Shown: positions 12,431 to 26,420, counted from the first letter of the stretch. The stretch: 64,000 nt of DNA from Takakia lepidozioides (GCA_030704615.1 CM060732.1:73098001-73162000), one strand, 5' to 3'. The notes: generated by a model from the sequence alone, not told the origin. A program made the numbers and translations.

Positions 12431-15400
12431 GCCAGGAAGAGGCGAGCTTCCATCGAAGGCACTGCAGCTGTGGTGGGCAGTCCATCGGGGCAGGGGTTGT
12501 TGAAACAAGTCAACCCTGCTACAAACAAGTCCCCAGGCGCAACACGACCACCTCCACGACCTATTCCACAGTACCCTCCATACACACATTACCCACATGC
12601 CTACCCCACCCCCGATCAGTATGGCGCTGCGGACCCTTACAACCCACACATCCAATACAGGCCCCCTCCAGGTGGTTACCCACAGCAGCCATATGCCCAT
12701 TCTCCTCCACCTATTCCCCCTTACCTCCCAGACCCACATGCTTACCCGGCATCTACACGTCCACCATACCAACCTTTTGGGCCATACGGTGGGCGATACC
12801 GTCCCGCCCCCCATTCCCCATGGCAATCCCTAGCTGCCCCACCACCCGAGGAGGCAAAGAAAAACATCCCTATGACCAAGAAAGAGCGAGCTAATGCTTT
12901 GAGGCGGGCGAACAGGCGAGCCAAGGCAGAGGCAATCCGAAACCATGATGCGCGAGAGGAGGATGGACTCCCCCCTCAAGTGCTTCCGGTTGACAAAGTT
13001 GGAGAGCCCATTGGACCAGCACGCAATACTTGGCATGCAGCCCTCAAAGGCCAGATGTGGCGTTTGTGTGACATGTCAATGCATATTGCAGCGCAGGATG
13101 AATCTATCATTGAAGAAATATACATGATTCTAAACTCTACATTTGCGTACACGCCACGTGGTCTTGACTATGAGCACATGAGGAAGACACTTGGCGTTGC
13201 CTTGAAAACCCAAAGACACGAGATCCATGCAATGTACAAGGTAGGCGAGGGGAGGCCTGTGCATCTGAAGGAAGCTCATTGGGACAGGCTGGTATCGTAT
13301 TGGCAGACAGCAGGATTCAGCGCAAAAAGTGCCCTCATGAAGGTTGCAAATTCATCTATCAAGAAGCCCTAAAAAACAGGACGTGGTGGGAAGGCATCTA
13401 TTGAGGCTCGGCTTGTAAGTTCACACATCAGTCTTTTTGCCCTCTTTGCCTTGGCTGATTGTTGTGACACGTTGTCTATAATGGGGTGTCCATTTCCCCC
13501 ATTTTACACCATGTTAGGAGGGAATTACGAAGTGCCACCAGGCTTTTCTCTAAGGGGGCATAGCTCCAGGTTCAACAAAGTAGTTGATTGTTGAGTTTGG
13601 AGGGTTTTATGTGGCTTAGGGGGGAGGCTTGTGTATTGATTAAGGAGAGTATTGCGGGTGCGATAGGCTTTGCTAAGGGGGTTCATTGAATCGGGCCCTA
13701 TTGCATAGTACTATACAATTTTCCTTTTAGGCGGGGGCCATGTGTTACTAGAAGGGCCCCTGGAAGTGATAAAAGGCAGTGCCACCAGTCTTTTCTGCAA
13801 GGGGTGGGGCTTCTTTTATGACTGTGAGGTATTCTAGAGAGCCACCACGCTTTTGTTGGAAGGGGCAGGGTTGTGTTAGAGTGCTGGAAAATGTTGTTTA
13901 TTGAGTAAGGAGGGTAGTGCAAAGTGGGCCCAGATGTCTATTACTAAGTTGTACCAGGCTTATCATTAAGGGGAGAGGCTTTGTTATTGAATTATCCAAA
14001 TTATGTGGAGTGCAATCAGGGTTTTCTTGAAGGGGTGCTGCCTGTGGAGTGAACTAAGGTATTCATTCACCTTGTCGCAAAGTGCTTGTAGGCTTTTCTT
14101 TAAGGGGGGAGGCAGGTTTCTTGAATTACGCTTCATTTCCCGAGTGCTACTAGCCTTTTCTATTGCAGGGAGACCCTACCCAACGCATCTTTAAGGGTGG
14201 AGGGGTGTCCAAGAGTCACTTCAATAGCGAATCAAATGGACTGTTTTTTGCGGTAGGAGGTTTTTGTGAGTGCTACGTAGTAGTCATCTGTAAAATTGGG
14301 CGAGGTTGCAATCGTCAAGTACAATGCTAATGTTTCTTGCTTGGTCGCAACAAGTGGTCAGTAATACAGTTTGCCAGACTTCTTGAAGGAGATAGAGACC
14401 CAATTTTGCAATTTTGTTATGCCTTGGTTACATTTCTGTATTTCTTCCAATTGGGTCTCGCCATGGTCAGAATAGTGGTGCAACCATGTAAGTTGTCCCT
14501 CATGTTCATCAAGAAAGGCAAGTAGAATCCTATGAAAGTTATGTTCGGGGAGTGCGAGGTCTGTGTGACGACGTGATTTTCACCAGTTGCTGCTTAGACA
14601 TATTGTGCCGATGTCCTTGCCTGAGTGTTGCGCTCATTCTCTGATTCCAGATTATGTCTACTGTCAGAGTTGTGAAGCTGCATGAAATGTTGCTTTCTGA
14701 GTTTTGGAGGCGCAATAATTTGTAATAAGCCATTCCCCAAATGAATGAAACTCATTATTAAGAGCTAATTTGCACTTGATTGTTTCAACCATGACTTGAT
14801 AGTGAGGAAACTAGCCTGCACTCATGCTTGGGGAATTTCCAATTGGGTCTGACATCCAAAATGGGCTTTAATTTGGACTGTTTGTATGTACTCAGCTAGG
14901 TGAGGTTGGGTTTTTGGAATGATGGAATTGTGACCTGTTAGTGTGTAGTGGGTGGGGTCCTCATTTTGCATACCAGTCTGTAAGTGTGGATAGAGGAGGC
15001 TCTGATCAGAGTTGTCGTGCAATGATGATGTCAGGGCAGTATTTGAAACTGCAATAGTGAGTGTGAGTGTGAGTGTTAACATGACTTTTTGTGGTCATTC
15101 ACATAGGGTAGTGCTGTGCTGGTGATTACTCTTCTGCATTAGCTGCATTTGTCACTCAGCTCTCTATATTACTGCAGAGATAGTGACTACATTAGTGGGC
15201 GCGGGGATACCAATGTTGGTTGCATACCAACAGTATGTCTGACAAACCTCTGTTTAATCACTGTTGTCCCAGAATGGTATGTCGCTCGTCATGGCTGACC
15301 ATGCTAGCATACTGAGCTGGTACATGACTAATGCAGGCACAGGAGCGAGGCCGAAGTCCATCGTTGCATGAAATCCTGGAAGGTTCAGTAAGTAGAACAT

Positions 15401-17485
15401 TGACCAGTGAGCGGATGGTGAGATCCACGTGATCATTCTTTCTCCCATTTTTTGTCGATTCTTTCGTTCTAGGCATTTTCCCTACCAGCGGCATGATGTT
15501 CTCATGTTATTCATGGACTTGCGTGGACCTGGCAGGAGGGGACCTCTGGGTATTCAGCAATTGCTCGCAAAGTGGAGGATATGGAAAGAGCACAAGGTGC
15601 ACAACACAAAGATATAATGGATTTGAAGGCTACAATATCGCATGTGATGATGTACCAGAAGGCCATTGCTGAGAAATTTGGGATCAGCATTTCCTCACCT
15701 GCCTTAGTGGGCTCGTTTGTAGCAAACAGCTCCTGCATTGCTGGCCCTTCAGCCTCAAGACGTCTGGAGGACAGGTTTGACTTGCCTGGCATGTCACCAG
15801 GTAACGTCACTCCAGTTGATGCATTCGAGGATGATGTGCAGGTGGAGCAAGTTGGCCCAGGTAGAGGGGAGGACACCCCTACCAAGGAACTTACGCCTCC
15901 TCGTGCAGTTCTATCACACTGTGCGGTAGTGGAGGCGCCTGCACAACTCCAGCCTGCTGCTGTCGTAGTGGGGACATCCGAGACAACCCTGGACATTGAC
16001 CTTGTTTCCCCGCAGGCAGATATTACCCAGCAACCCACAGTTGTCACTTCCACTCCCAACCTTCATTTCATGCAGGAGAAGGTCGTGCACACAACAGTGG
16101 AGAAGGGCAAGCATTTGCTCATCCTAGATATTAATGGCTTGTTGTGTGAGTGCGTCCATGTCGGGAGCGGTAATGCGTTTGTGGTTCCAAATGGCCTTGA
16201 GCACAAATTATGTGGTAGCAAGATGGTCATTGTAAGGCCTGGTTGCAAAGCCTTTTTGGACAAGTGTTTTGAACACTTTGAAGTGGCAGCATGGTCTTGT
16301 ATGCAACCACGTAACTTCCTACCCACGGTGGACTGGCTTTTCCATGGGCACGGTGACCTTGCATTCAAGTGGGAGCAGTCCACTAACATGGATGGGAGCC
16401 TGCCCATGAAACCACGGTTTTTGAAGAACCTATCTGTTGTGTGGTAGGGCAATTGTGTCTGGAATCCCAAAAACACTCTTCTTGTTGACGACACATCGCA
16501 CAAGGGGTCGAACAATAAAGCTTACAGCGCAATTTTCCCATTGCCTTGGAGAAGTTGTTCTGTAGAGGCGCACAATGATAATCTTCTTCTGACCAGCTTA
16601 TGGCCCTTCTTGGAGGGGGCAGCTAAGGCTCCAATCATTCTAGAATATCTCAGAGGGCAACCCACATTTGGGCAACAAGCTATCAGCCCTCGAGCCATTC
16701 AGCCTCGCCAGGTAACATACTTTGTAGTGTGGTACACACTGCCAGACATTAGAGGCATTTTTGTGTCACTCCCTTGTGCCATTGCCAGCTCCCTTTGTGC
16801 TTAAGTTGTGGCAGTATTCAATGTTGTGATAGAGTTTGTCAAATTACTGTCGCAATGTGAATTGTAAGCATTGACAATTTGGGTGCATCTTATTGTGTTA
16901 GTGTAATTTGAGTTCCCAGTGTATATAATATACATTTTTGGTGCTTGTTGGTTGGTTGTAGGTGCTTGGCCACGAACGAGGCCCCCCAAGTCAAAGGGCA
17001 GCACACCTTCACCCTTTCAGGAAGCCGACACCAGTGATCCCTGATTCGCAGAATGGGGTAAGTCTATGCATCTGCTATCCTCCTTACCGACCTGGATAGT
17101 AAAATTGTTATTAGCTCATTGTAGACATTGTAGACACAATACGTTCCAGGATCCGTGTTCCATAATTCTCATGCAATCTGCCATGTTTGGGGTGGGATGG
17201 CAGTTCGTGGTGGGAGACCATGTCAAGCTCATAGACATTGTTTCACGATCAACAGCCGGATCTGGCCGCATTGCTGGTCTCCAAGGGATGGAGGTGAGTG
17301 AAGGGTACCCTGTCGTGCCAGAAGGCTATGTGGCCATCCACATTGATGATGTCCGCATTCCCAATGCCCCTCTACCATATCACAACAAATCCATGAAGCC
17401 TCATCACACTGAGTTGGGAGACACTGTAGGTTACATTACTGTGTGGAGTGACAAACTAGTGAAGACCTTCACTACTACAGATTAA
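12431..17485 (+). pseudogene. CACTA-B TnpA-like accessory gene: Pro-rich region, Transposase_24(Ptta)-like region, coiled coil, FCP1/NIF-like domain, TNP1-like C-terminal domain
   Basis: 12431-13415: HWDRLVSYW..F..KS..MK.AN...TGRGGKASIEARL. 15572-16710: LLILDINGLL...FEVAAWS...LLVDDT. 17200-17485: VGDHVKL..GRI...VPEGYVAIHI..PNAPLPY..LGDTVG..VW. GT-AG introns, some stops. Confidence 0.75.
13520..14200. repeat. Degenerate intronic repeat with core resembling AGGCTTTTCT(T)AAGGGGG
   Basis: Variants recur at roughly 13540, 13665, 13790, 13957, 14018 and 14090. Confidence 0.5.
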
Positions 17486-17489
17486 CGTT

Positions 17490-18164
17490 TTTATGACTAT
17501 GGGTGATATAAACCTTGGTAATCATGACTATATGTGTGACTACGAAGTGATGAAACCCATTGTTGGGCGAATTTTAATATATTTTAATCTAATGTAGTCA
17601 TACATTTTACTACATGACTAGGAGACGCGGTCAAACAGTGTTGACCAAGAACATAGGCTTGGTTTATATAACTAGTAGTCATACGAAATACTACACGTTA
17701 GACACGTGCCACGTAAGCTTATAACTAAATGACTACACCACTACTACACATTGATGACATGCCATATAAGCTTATGACTACATGACTACTGGAGGTTTCA
17801 CATCTCTGTTTCTATAATTACATCACTACACGTGGCATCTTAAGGCATATACATGTATGGGCTCATCCATTGGATGACCTCATCCATGTATCTTTAACGA
17901 AACACTTGTCATATGTGAACATGTGTCCATTTGATATTGGCAAAATATTGGACCTGGAGCTCGAAGCAGTTTGCAGTTTCACTATGTAGTGGCGTGGGCA
18001 AATATCACGAAGTAGTAAGTAGCATACTTCATTGAGTCATGCAGTTTGCAGACTTCGAATTGACTTGTAATCGTCGTCCTTGTTTGCGGTCTTCAAGTGT
18101 ACAATTTGATACATTCCCCCCTTCATGACATTGGTATTCGACTATACAACGAGTTATGTTAGTG
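17490..18164. repeat. CACTA subterminal repeat zone (CATGACTA/TAGTCAT) with candidate terminus TAGTG
   Basis: Dense direct and inverted ATGACTA(C) motifs at 17490-17830. Candidate ends are TGTAGTG (17991) or GTTAGTG (18164, directly abutting the PPR fragment). Confidence 0.55.
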
Positions 18165-18435
18165 ATGCTGAAGCCGGACAAGGTCACAATTGGTTGCGTT
18201 TGCAATGAATGTGCGAGCTTGGTAGCCCTTAAATTGGATAGCCTCAAAATGGGAATAGTACGAGAGGTATTTGTTCTAAACTCTACCTGGGTGGACATGT
18301 ATTTTGAATGTGGTAGCATCAAGGATGACAAGGGAGTGTTCGATGATATGGCCGAACAAGATGTGGTGTCTTGGAATGCAATGATCGCACAATATGCCCA
18401 GCATGGTTGTCATAGGAGGGAGGCCCTACAAGTAA
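18165..18435 (+). pseudogene. PLS-class PPR gene fragment
   Basis: LKPDKVT..VCNECASL...VDMYFECGSIKDDKGVFDDMAEQDVVSWNAMIAQYAQHG. Confidence 0.85.
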
Positions 18436-20465
18436 TTATAGGCATTCACTATGTCATTTCCCCAAAAAACCACCAACTGCCGAGGGCGGCGGTACCTCCA
18501 TTCTCTTCTCCTCTCTCCTCGTTTGTCGAGGGTTAAGAGTCTGTTCATACCAGTGCATGGTTCTCCCGTTCTAATTCCACAGTGAGAATAGAGGCATCTT
18601 ATGTCAAGAGAGGTAGGGGCAAATTTACTTTGGCAATGATGATGGCCTAGATGAAAAATATGGATTGTTGCTGGTGCCAGCTCTAGAGGTCTGTCAGTTG
18701 TGGACAAGGATTGATATGCGATTGATATGCCTCCAGTAGCATGCCATATTCTCTGTTTCACTGTAGGCAGGAACCCAAGGCCCATCTGATGCCAAGCTGC
18801 CCCATTTAATCCAACCCTGAACCACATAGTTCCCTTTCAATCTCTTCCTTCTCTTCATTTTTGAAAGGTCTTTCTAAACCGTGAGAAGTTGCTGGATTGC
18901 AGGGTTGTGTGTCATACCCCCCAATTCAACACTCATATTTGATGTTGAGTTTTGGGGCAAAGCTTAAGAGCCTTGTTTCTCAACGACTACCAGCGAGACA
19001 TATATCACTGGTAAACATGTCTCCGGGAATTTGCTTTATACTTGCTTTTTCACGGGGGGGGGGGGGGGGGATTCCAGGGAGGTAGTGAAGTTGGCAAAGC
19101 TCTAATGGGATGAGGGATGTGAAAGTTGGTGTTGGTTTATTTTTCCACTAATGTGTGACACAGAAGTCGTATACTCGGCACTTCCTTACTAGCTCAGTGG
19201 GCTGAAAACTGATTGCACGACTGTTTGAACTCACCTCTCCAATGCTTTGCTTTTCCTGTTATGCCATAGGCTTGCCATGACAGCTTGGTCAAGTCGAAAT
19301 AAATTTGCCTGCTTGTGGATATTGGATTGCAAGATTGCCACCACAAGTAAGTGATGTGTACGATATGGTATAATTGCAGGTCTTCCACCACAACCAAGTG
19401 GTGTAAGTATTTTACTCGTGAAATAGCTTTGAACCACCAAAAACCTCCCATGTTGGTCACAGTTGACTGGAATTCTTTAATTTCGTTTTGTGGTTAGGGC
19501 AGGGTGAAGACAGACTTGGGGTAGTGTTGCTCATGAAGGACACATCCATACATTGGTGTGGAGGCTATGATGACAGCCATAGCCTGACATTGTAAGATTT
19601 TGGCAGAATTGCAGTGCAGCAATGTGATAGCGGGTCATTTTGGAGATGAGAGAAAAAAACTAGATAAGATTATGATTCAATTGCAAGCTAGAGAGGGGGT
19701 GGGGAGCAAGCCAACTGATGTTCCACTGGGATGGTCTTACAGGTCTCTCAACAATCTGACCACTCAATGGCGACAGCAGATGCGAGCGATTCAGAGTGGT
19801 AGAAGGGGTGAAGATGCACAGGGCCAGGTTTGCAGGATATTGCTATGCATGCCACCCCATCTACAACTACAAAGGGGCAAAGAATTGACAGGATCAAAGC
19901 GTGAATTGTACCAATATCAGTCTGGATATTGAGTGGCGTAGATGTATGCCAAATGTGGCAATATGTTGTTGTAGTTGAAGCTAGACAAAGGCCCAAGGAT
20001 GTGGGTATGGGATTTTTTTGATATAGGGATATTACTGCAGGTTGCCAGCGATGAAATCAGTGCTAATAGTTGCACACTGGAAGATATTAGAAGTGTAGAA
20101 TGGTGAAGTGCCAGACTGGGTCACTTCCCAACTTCTGGGTGCCAATGTTTTACAATCTGGAAATGAATAAATGGCCCTACTAGTGGCCAATCCACTAGTG
20201 CTTGATCACAACAGCTTATAGCATAGAGGAATTGTGAGCATATTTGAATATCAATGTTCATTGACAGTTGGTACCCAAAAAAATGTGACTACATGGGGAC
20301 AGAAGAGTACATTTATTTGGAATGACAGCTAATACATGCACAAGGGTAGCATATCTAATTGCCATCGACTGAATCCGTGTCTGTGAATATGGAGGTATCT
20401 GTGTCATCATCACTGACCATAGCCTCAACGTCGGTGGAGGTATCTGTGTCTTCATGACAGACCTG

Positions 20466-23400
20466 CTAGTCAACTGGGGGTTGTACCTCGCGTCGTCGGG
20501 TATGGGGTCGGTACAATGAGGCCAACTGCTCTGGTGTCACTGTCTGAATTCGGTTGTGAGTTCGGCCAGTAGTCAATGTCTCTTGTAGTTGTTGTGGAGC
20601 TAACAAGCCTTCAACTCTTCTCAGATCATCAATGGAAATTGAGATATCACACACCACTCTCCGTGATCGGGGGCTCTTCTCCAATACAACTTTCCATTGT
20701 CGTTCCTTCACACACTCAGAGAAAAAGACTTGATCAACCTGTAGTGGCAATACAAAAGGCTGTTCAGAGGGTGGTAGCATTTGATTGAAATTGACCAACG
20801 TGAAGCCACAATCATCTTCCTTCATTGATCTGGGTTAACGACCCACATTTTGGGCCCGTACCCAGGAGCACAAAAACACTACAGGCCGTGCAGTGCCATA
20901 GTCAATCTACAAAATCTCTCTAATAAGACCCACATACCGTACAGATTCCATCTCATGCTTGAAAACTGATGAGACTCCACAATCAAAGGATGCCATACTC
21001 GATGTGTTCATGCCTGGGGATGTAGCCCTGTAATGGTTGCCATATCCTGACATACTCTTGTATGTCAAGGCATAATATGATGGGGGTCTTGAAAGATCCA
21101 GTAATTCTTGTCGTACGCCATCTTCAAGCACATGTTCTTGAATTCCAGATAGATGTTCTCGTACAACATTTGGCAGCCAAGCAGCAAATGGAGGACAATC
21201 ATCCATTTGTCTGGACTCCTCTTCATATTTCCTGGCACAAAATGTCGAGGCTATTTAGCCAACACAGACTAAGCATCGGGCAGTACAAAAAGATCAAATC
21301 AAAAAAATATTCAGATTTGAAAGGGTGTGGACTTACTTCAACATATCGGATATGCTTGGATGATTTTGAATGATGTAATCGTGTACAATAGCATGCAAGT
21401 CACCCAATTTCCGAGGTTTGCTGGCTCCTTCCAAAACTACGCCGGCCACAGATTCTTCCTCATCTGCATGCCACACCCTTCGTGCAGTTCCATCATATCC
21501 TGCCATATACTCCGTGCAAAATCCTAGAGCTTCATAAAAAATGTATCCTTGAGCCATGTTGCCCTCGGGTTTTGCCATGTTCCGGACATACCCCTTCATT
21601 TCTTTCATTGCCCGCTCCATAGGGTACATCCAACGTGATGCCACAGGACCACATAAATCGAGCTCGTCCACTAGGTGGACAAGCAGATGTGTCATCACAT
21701 CAAAGAATGATGGTGGGAACTCTTTCTCCATTAGACAGAGAGTAACAACTGCTTCATGTTTCAACTCCTCATACTCTGCAGGATTCACTACTTTTGCACA
21801 CAACCTCCTAAATACACGACATACTCGCAAAATTGTAGTGCGCACACCTGTTGCCATGAGCCCACGAATAGCCAGCGGTAAAATTTGGTGCATGAACACA
21901 TGGTAATCATGTGATTTCATGCCAGATGGTTTTTTCTTTACCACGTGTTTTTTGAAAGCTGATGCGTATCCTGTGGGTACTTTAAGGTTTCGCACAGTGT
22001 CCAAGAAAACTTTCAACTCAGCTTCAGCCAGAACATAAGGAGCAGGAGGCATGATTAACATATCTGCCCTGTCTGGATGTCGTTGCAACCACAATGATGG
22101 ACGTAGCCCAAGTTACCTTCAATGTATCTTTCTCCCCAAAAATAGTCTTAATAAAATTCTCTGCAAAGTTCTTCTCGCAATGCATAGCATCAAACGTATG
22201 TTGTATGAGGAGGCCCTCCCAGTAAGGCAAGGCATATAAGATTGATAATCGCTTGTCGAACCAATCCATCCTGACTCTTATATCTGAAGTGCCATGTCAT
22301 AAGGTGCGCGATTGATTTGCATCGATACATGCGTTTCAACCTTGGGATGACAGGGCAATGTCGTAGTATTTTTCTGGGTACAGTCCCACGACCAGGAATG
22401 TAACGCGATGTCTTGCACTCCGGGCAAAATTCTGCTTTTTCATTCTCCCCACGGAAGAGTACACAGCCTTTCTCGCAGGCATGGATCTGGGTGTACTGCA
22501 ATCCCATCTTCGCAATCATAGTTTTCATAATTAGTTTTCGGTAGAGAATTTTGTTTCGGCAAAAAACTTTTGCGCAACAATCCAAGAAGCTCATCCACAA
22601 AGCCATTGGTGCACTTGTGGGTGGTGCACAAGTTGAGCAAGTGCAAAGTAGCTTCAAATCGGCTGATCGAGCTCCCTTCGTAGAGTTTACACTGAGATTG
22701 TCGAAATAGCGTATCGTAGTTGGGATCAACTCCGTGACTCAGGTTTGGGCCATTCTCTGCATTCTCTGCATTGTCCAGGGATTCTTCCTCGTTGGGGCTG
22801 TCTTCGGCCCGAGTTCCACCATTAATCGGATCCTCCCTGTTTGCATCCGCAAACTCAAAAGCTTCCTGCAATGCTCGTTGAATTTCTGCCTCCACACCAC
22901 CTTCATGATCCGTATTGTTCTCCCTTTCATTAGGCCTGCCCAAACTCAGCCCGATCCTCCTCGTCATCAGAATCAACATGTCCCTGCATCCCGTGTTTCC
23001 ACGGTTCATTCAGTATATGTAGATTATGACATGTGGACAAATGTAGTCACGGCTATCACTACATCACTTCGATTTGAGCAACAACATTGTGACACATGGC
23101 AGATAGTTCTCGTGACGTAGTCATGTTCCTATATGTGTTTATGACTACACGACTACAACTAGCCAACGACATATTGACATGTGTATAAAGGGCAGGCATA
23201 GACACAACTACATGACTACAACTGGCCAATCAACTTTCGACATGTGGAGTGGTGAAGTCATGGCTACTACTACCACACCAAAATGGTTTCAAAATTCAAA
23301 CTTGGAGATTGCTAAGTCTTGAAGGACAGTGTACTTCCTGTGGATGTACCGGAATAGTACAGCTGCGCAAAGTTGGATCCCTCTTATGTTTGAGGTAGTG

Positions 23401-23580
23401 CTTCTTCACTGTCTCCAACAACTGCCATTTGGATCCATGACATTCAGTGCAATTGCAAAGCATTTTCTTGTTCCCATTTGATATGGCGTACGCCTCCTCG
23501 AGTTGCCATAGTCTGTCATCTCATAATCGCATGCGTGGCTCATATGCACCATGACGGCCGAACAGACGTTGAACGTTCAT
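20466..23580 (-). pseudogene. CACTA-A TnpD-like transposase with internal deletion of the Transposase_21 core
   Basis: Exon 1 LCNCTECHG...KKH (transposase-associated Zn domain); IHACEKGCVLF..CPEC; jump from DGLVR to KRLSILYALPYW at ~22260; DAMHCEKN, KSHDYH, FFDVMTHL..RWMYPMER (DUF4218); QPFVLP.QVDQVFF (DUF4216). Confidence 0.9.
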
Positions 23581-23691
23581 AGCTCGTAGTATGCAATGCC
23601 CTTTAGAGTCTCTGCAACTTTGTGTCCTCAGTGCTCTCTCTACAATATATCTACCTCTTGCGGTGTGTGCTAGTGAGCTGCATGATCATTC

Positions 23692-26420
23692 ATGGTGAAG
23701 TCGAAGGTTGTCATTGCTCCTCTCACTGAGTACGAGAAGCTACGTGAGGCTAACATTGCCATCGTGAAGGATGCCATGGCGAAGTTGAAGCAGGACTTCG
23801 AAAGGTAAGGATCGAACAGTTCAGTGACCCAATCCTTTGACAATGCATGCATGGCTAACAATGTGATCTCTTCCCATTTGCACAGTAAATGAGGTGTGAT
23901 CGAGAGGTGGCGTTGTTGGTGTGAATGTAGAAAAGGCTTGAAAAGTGCAAGTTGAGGGTAGTTTAGGGTATAGGAGTGCATTCATAGCAGTAGGCGGGAG
24001 TGAACCGCATTTGACGGGCAGCCATTGGGACATCGGTAAGGCACTTCATCGTTTTCCAGCTCCTTTATGAACATTAGGGTATGAGCTGCATTTGTCTTGT
24101 GTTAGTCGTTTAAGAGGGGGATAGTCAAGTAACTGTGGGCCGCAATGGAAGTATTTTTGCAGGATTACAGGTGTGAAACCGCGTCGGAAGGCACGGTCTC
24201 GTGGAGCTCCTATCAAAGGTCCGGCAAGATGAAGTGCCCGACTCGTCACCATGACTCGAACAACTGCCAAGCCCAAAGTAATTATTGACATAGACGACGA
24301 CGATCCTTACCTCCCACCACAAAAGGGAGCAGTACAAGAAGGGATTGGGGATTCAGCCGACTCCATGTCGGAGGACACAGATGCAGGCACAGTGGCGCAC
24401 GCACGGAAAAAACGTGGTGCAGGCACACCGTCTCCATCTGTGAGTACATTTTATGGGCATATTTGTAGTCTCTCACCACTTATTCTGAAGGTGAGCACAA
24501 CCTCATGAGTGCCGAATAGTATCATGCGGACTTCATTAGGGGCCATGATCCGGGGAGGGATTGTCTAAATACTTGGCAGATTTAATTGCGTGTCAATATT
24601 CTTCTTCTTTCTGTTCTGTCTCTTCCGTGCTTTGTAGGTCTGTCCCTCATTTGCATGTTTGGTTTCGAAGGGGGTGTGCTGTCATAAGCACATTCTCTGT
24701 CTAGATTCAACGTGTGCATTTCTGTCTGTCCATTTTTTGAGTGAAGGAGCTGCACATTGCCCATGTGCATGTGGCCCCCATATTCCATAGCACTATTTAC
24801 AACTTTGTAAGCAGTAGGTCTCGTATGTTGAGCTCATTCCATCTTTTCTCACAGCTTTTAGGTATGCCCCTCCCTACTGCATGTTTGGTATGGATTTCAG
24901 GCAAAACCCATACATAAAAGGGGTCGGAAAAGTTTTGGGCGCACATCATTGAAGCCAATCCAATTTGGCCGATTTTCTAGCCAAGATCTGTCTGATTTTT
25001 GGGTAATCAGACCTGTACAAATCATGCGTATTGTTTATACTTTATGACACCTTTATGTCATGATATGGTGTGGTCCTTGTAGTTGGATTTACTTGGGATT
25101 GTGTTTCATGTATGGAAACCCAGGGAAAGCAAAAACAGAAGCAGAAAAATGCCACAGGAGTCGGCCCTCAGTCCCCCCAGGTTTTCCATACTCAGCCACC
25201 AGTACCAGGCTCTCAATATCGCTCCATGCCTCAGCTCCCAACCAGCATCCACCCACTGGCAATGTGGAGGGTCAGTACGCAACGGCCCCCCAACACAATT
25301 ATGCAGCTGGCCATTATGGCCCTTATGCTTCTCCTTCATATCGCCCACCTCCTCCTCCTTATGGAGGTGGCAGGCCACCTGAATATCCTCCTCCGTATGC
25401 ACAGGTCTCATATGACCACTATGGATCCTCGAGTGGTTCCCAACCACCATGGCCACCGATGGGTAGCTAGCCGAATCAACCCTTCAACGTTCCCGCACAG
25501 GTGCCAGCGGTTCAACCTGCAGAGGATGTGGTTCAATCAAAGGCTGACAGAACCAATACCTTGAGACGAGCAAATTATGCTGTGAAGGCCGCGACATATA
25601 AAGTGAAGGAAGAAAGAGAGGCATAAGGTCTTCCTGCAACTGTAGTTGTTGTGAACAAGGCAGGAAAACCAGTTGGTCAAACGAGGAATGTTTGGCATGC
25701 GGCCCTCAAAGGTCACGTTCATCGTATCTGTGATCCTTCTATAGCCATCAACTATCAGCCTGATGAGATCATTGAAGAGCTCAAAGAAAAGGCCAAGCTA
25801 TTTGAATATGTCCCATGTGACTTGGATGATATAGCGTTGCGAAACACAATAGGCACAATTATGAAGTCCCGACGGCATGACTTGCACAAGGAATGGCAGA
25901 ACGGTGGGGGGAAACCCATGGACGTGTCTGATGAGCATTGGAAGAGCCTCACCTCCTACTGGAGTACAGAACAATACTCCAAAGTGCAGACCCGCTTGAA
26001 GACAACAAATGCCTGCATTCAAAATCACACCAAAACGGGCCGGGGAGGGAAGGACAGCATGGAGGCACGTTAGTAAGAACCCTCATGAGCTTTCTCACTG
26101 TACTCCTCTCAATACATTCTATGAATGCCAATCTTTAATGCTGGTTTGCTTATGGTTTAGTATTTCAAGCAATTTTGGAGCTGAGCTTTAGTATAAAATT
26201 ATTTCTGTGCTGACATGATTGTTCAATCTTGACGTTGCATTATCTTCAGTGGTTTTGTTATGGTTTTGTATGGTTGAGCCATTGAGTACAAATTGCACAT
26301 TGGCTTCATATTGTTTGTTATATTGGGTTCATATGTAGGAAAGAGAAACCGGGTGCCCCCCTACGTTGGCTGACATACAAGAATACTTTGTCTCAAGGAT
26401 GTCAGCTGGGAGCGATAGGC
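23692..26420 (+). pseudogene. 5' part of CACTA-A TnpA-like gene, divergent from the transposase
   Basis: Exon 1 MVKSKVVIAPLTEYEKLREANIA; Pro/Tyr-rich exon; HWKSLTSYW...TKTGRGGKDSMEAR, homologous to 12950-13415. Interrupted by the gypsy insertion. Confidence 0.75.

Noticed and set aside
12410-12850. Extensin-like Pro/Tyr-rich host gene (also 25150-25470)
   Set aside because: No signal peptide, and contiguous with the Transposase_24-like region, so it is part of TnpA.
18830-20160. Possible LINE remnant
   Set aside because: Too degenerate; no RT or endonuclease motif could be supported.
20193-20200. CACTAGTG as the terminus of CACTA-A
   Set aside because: No subterminal repeats and no partner end or TSD to validate it.
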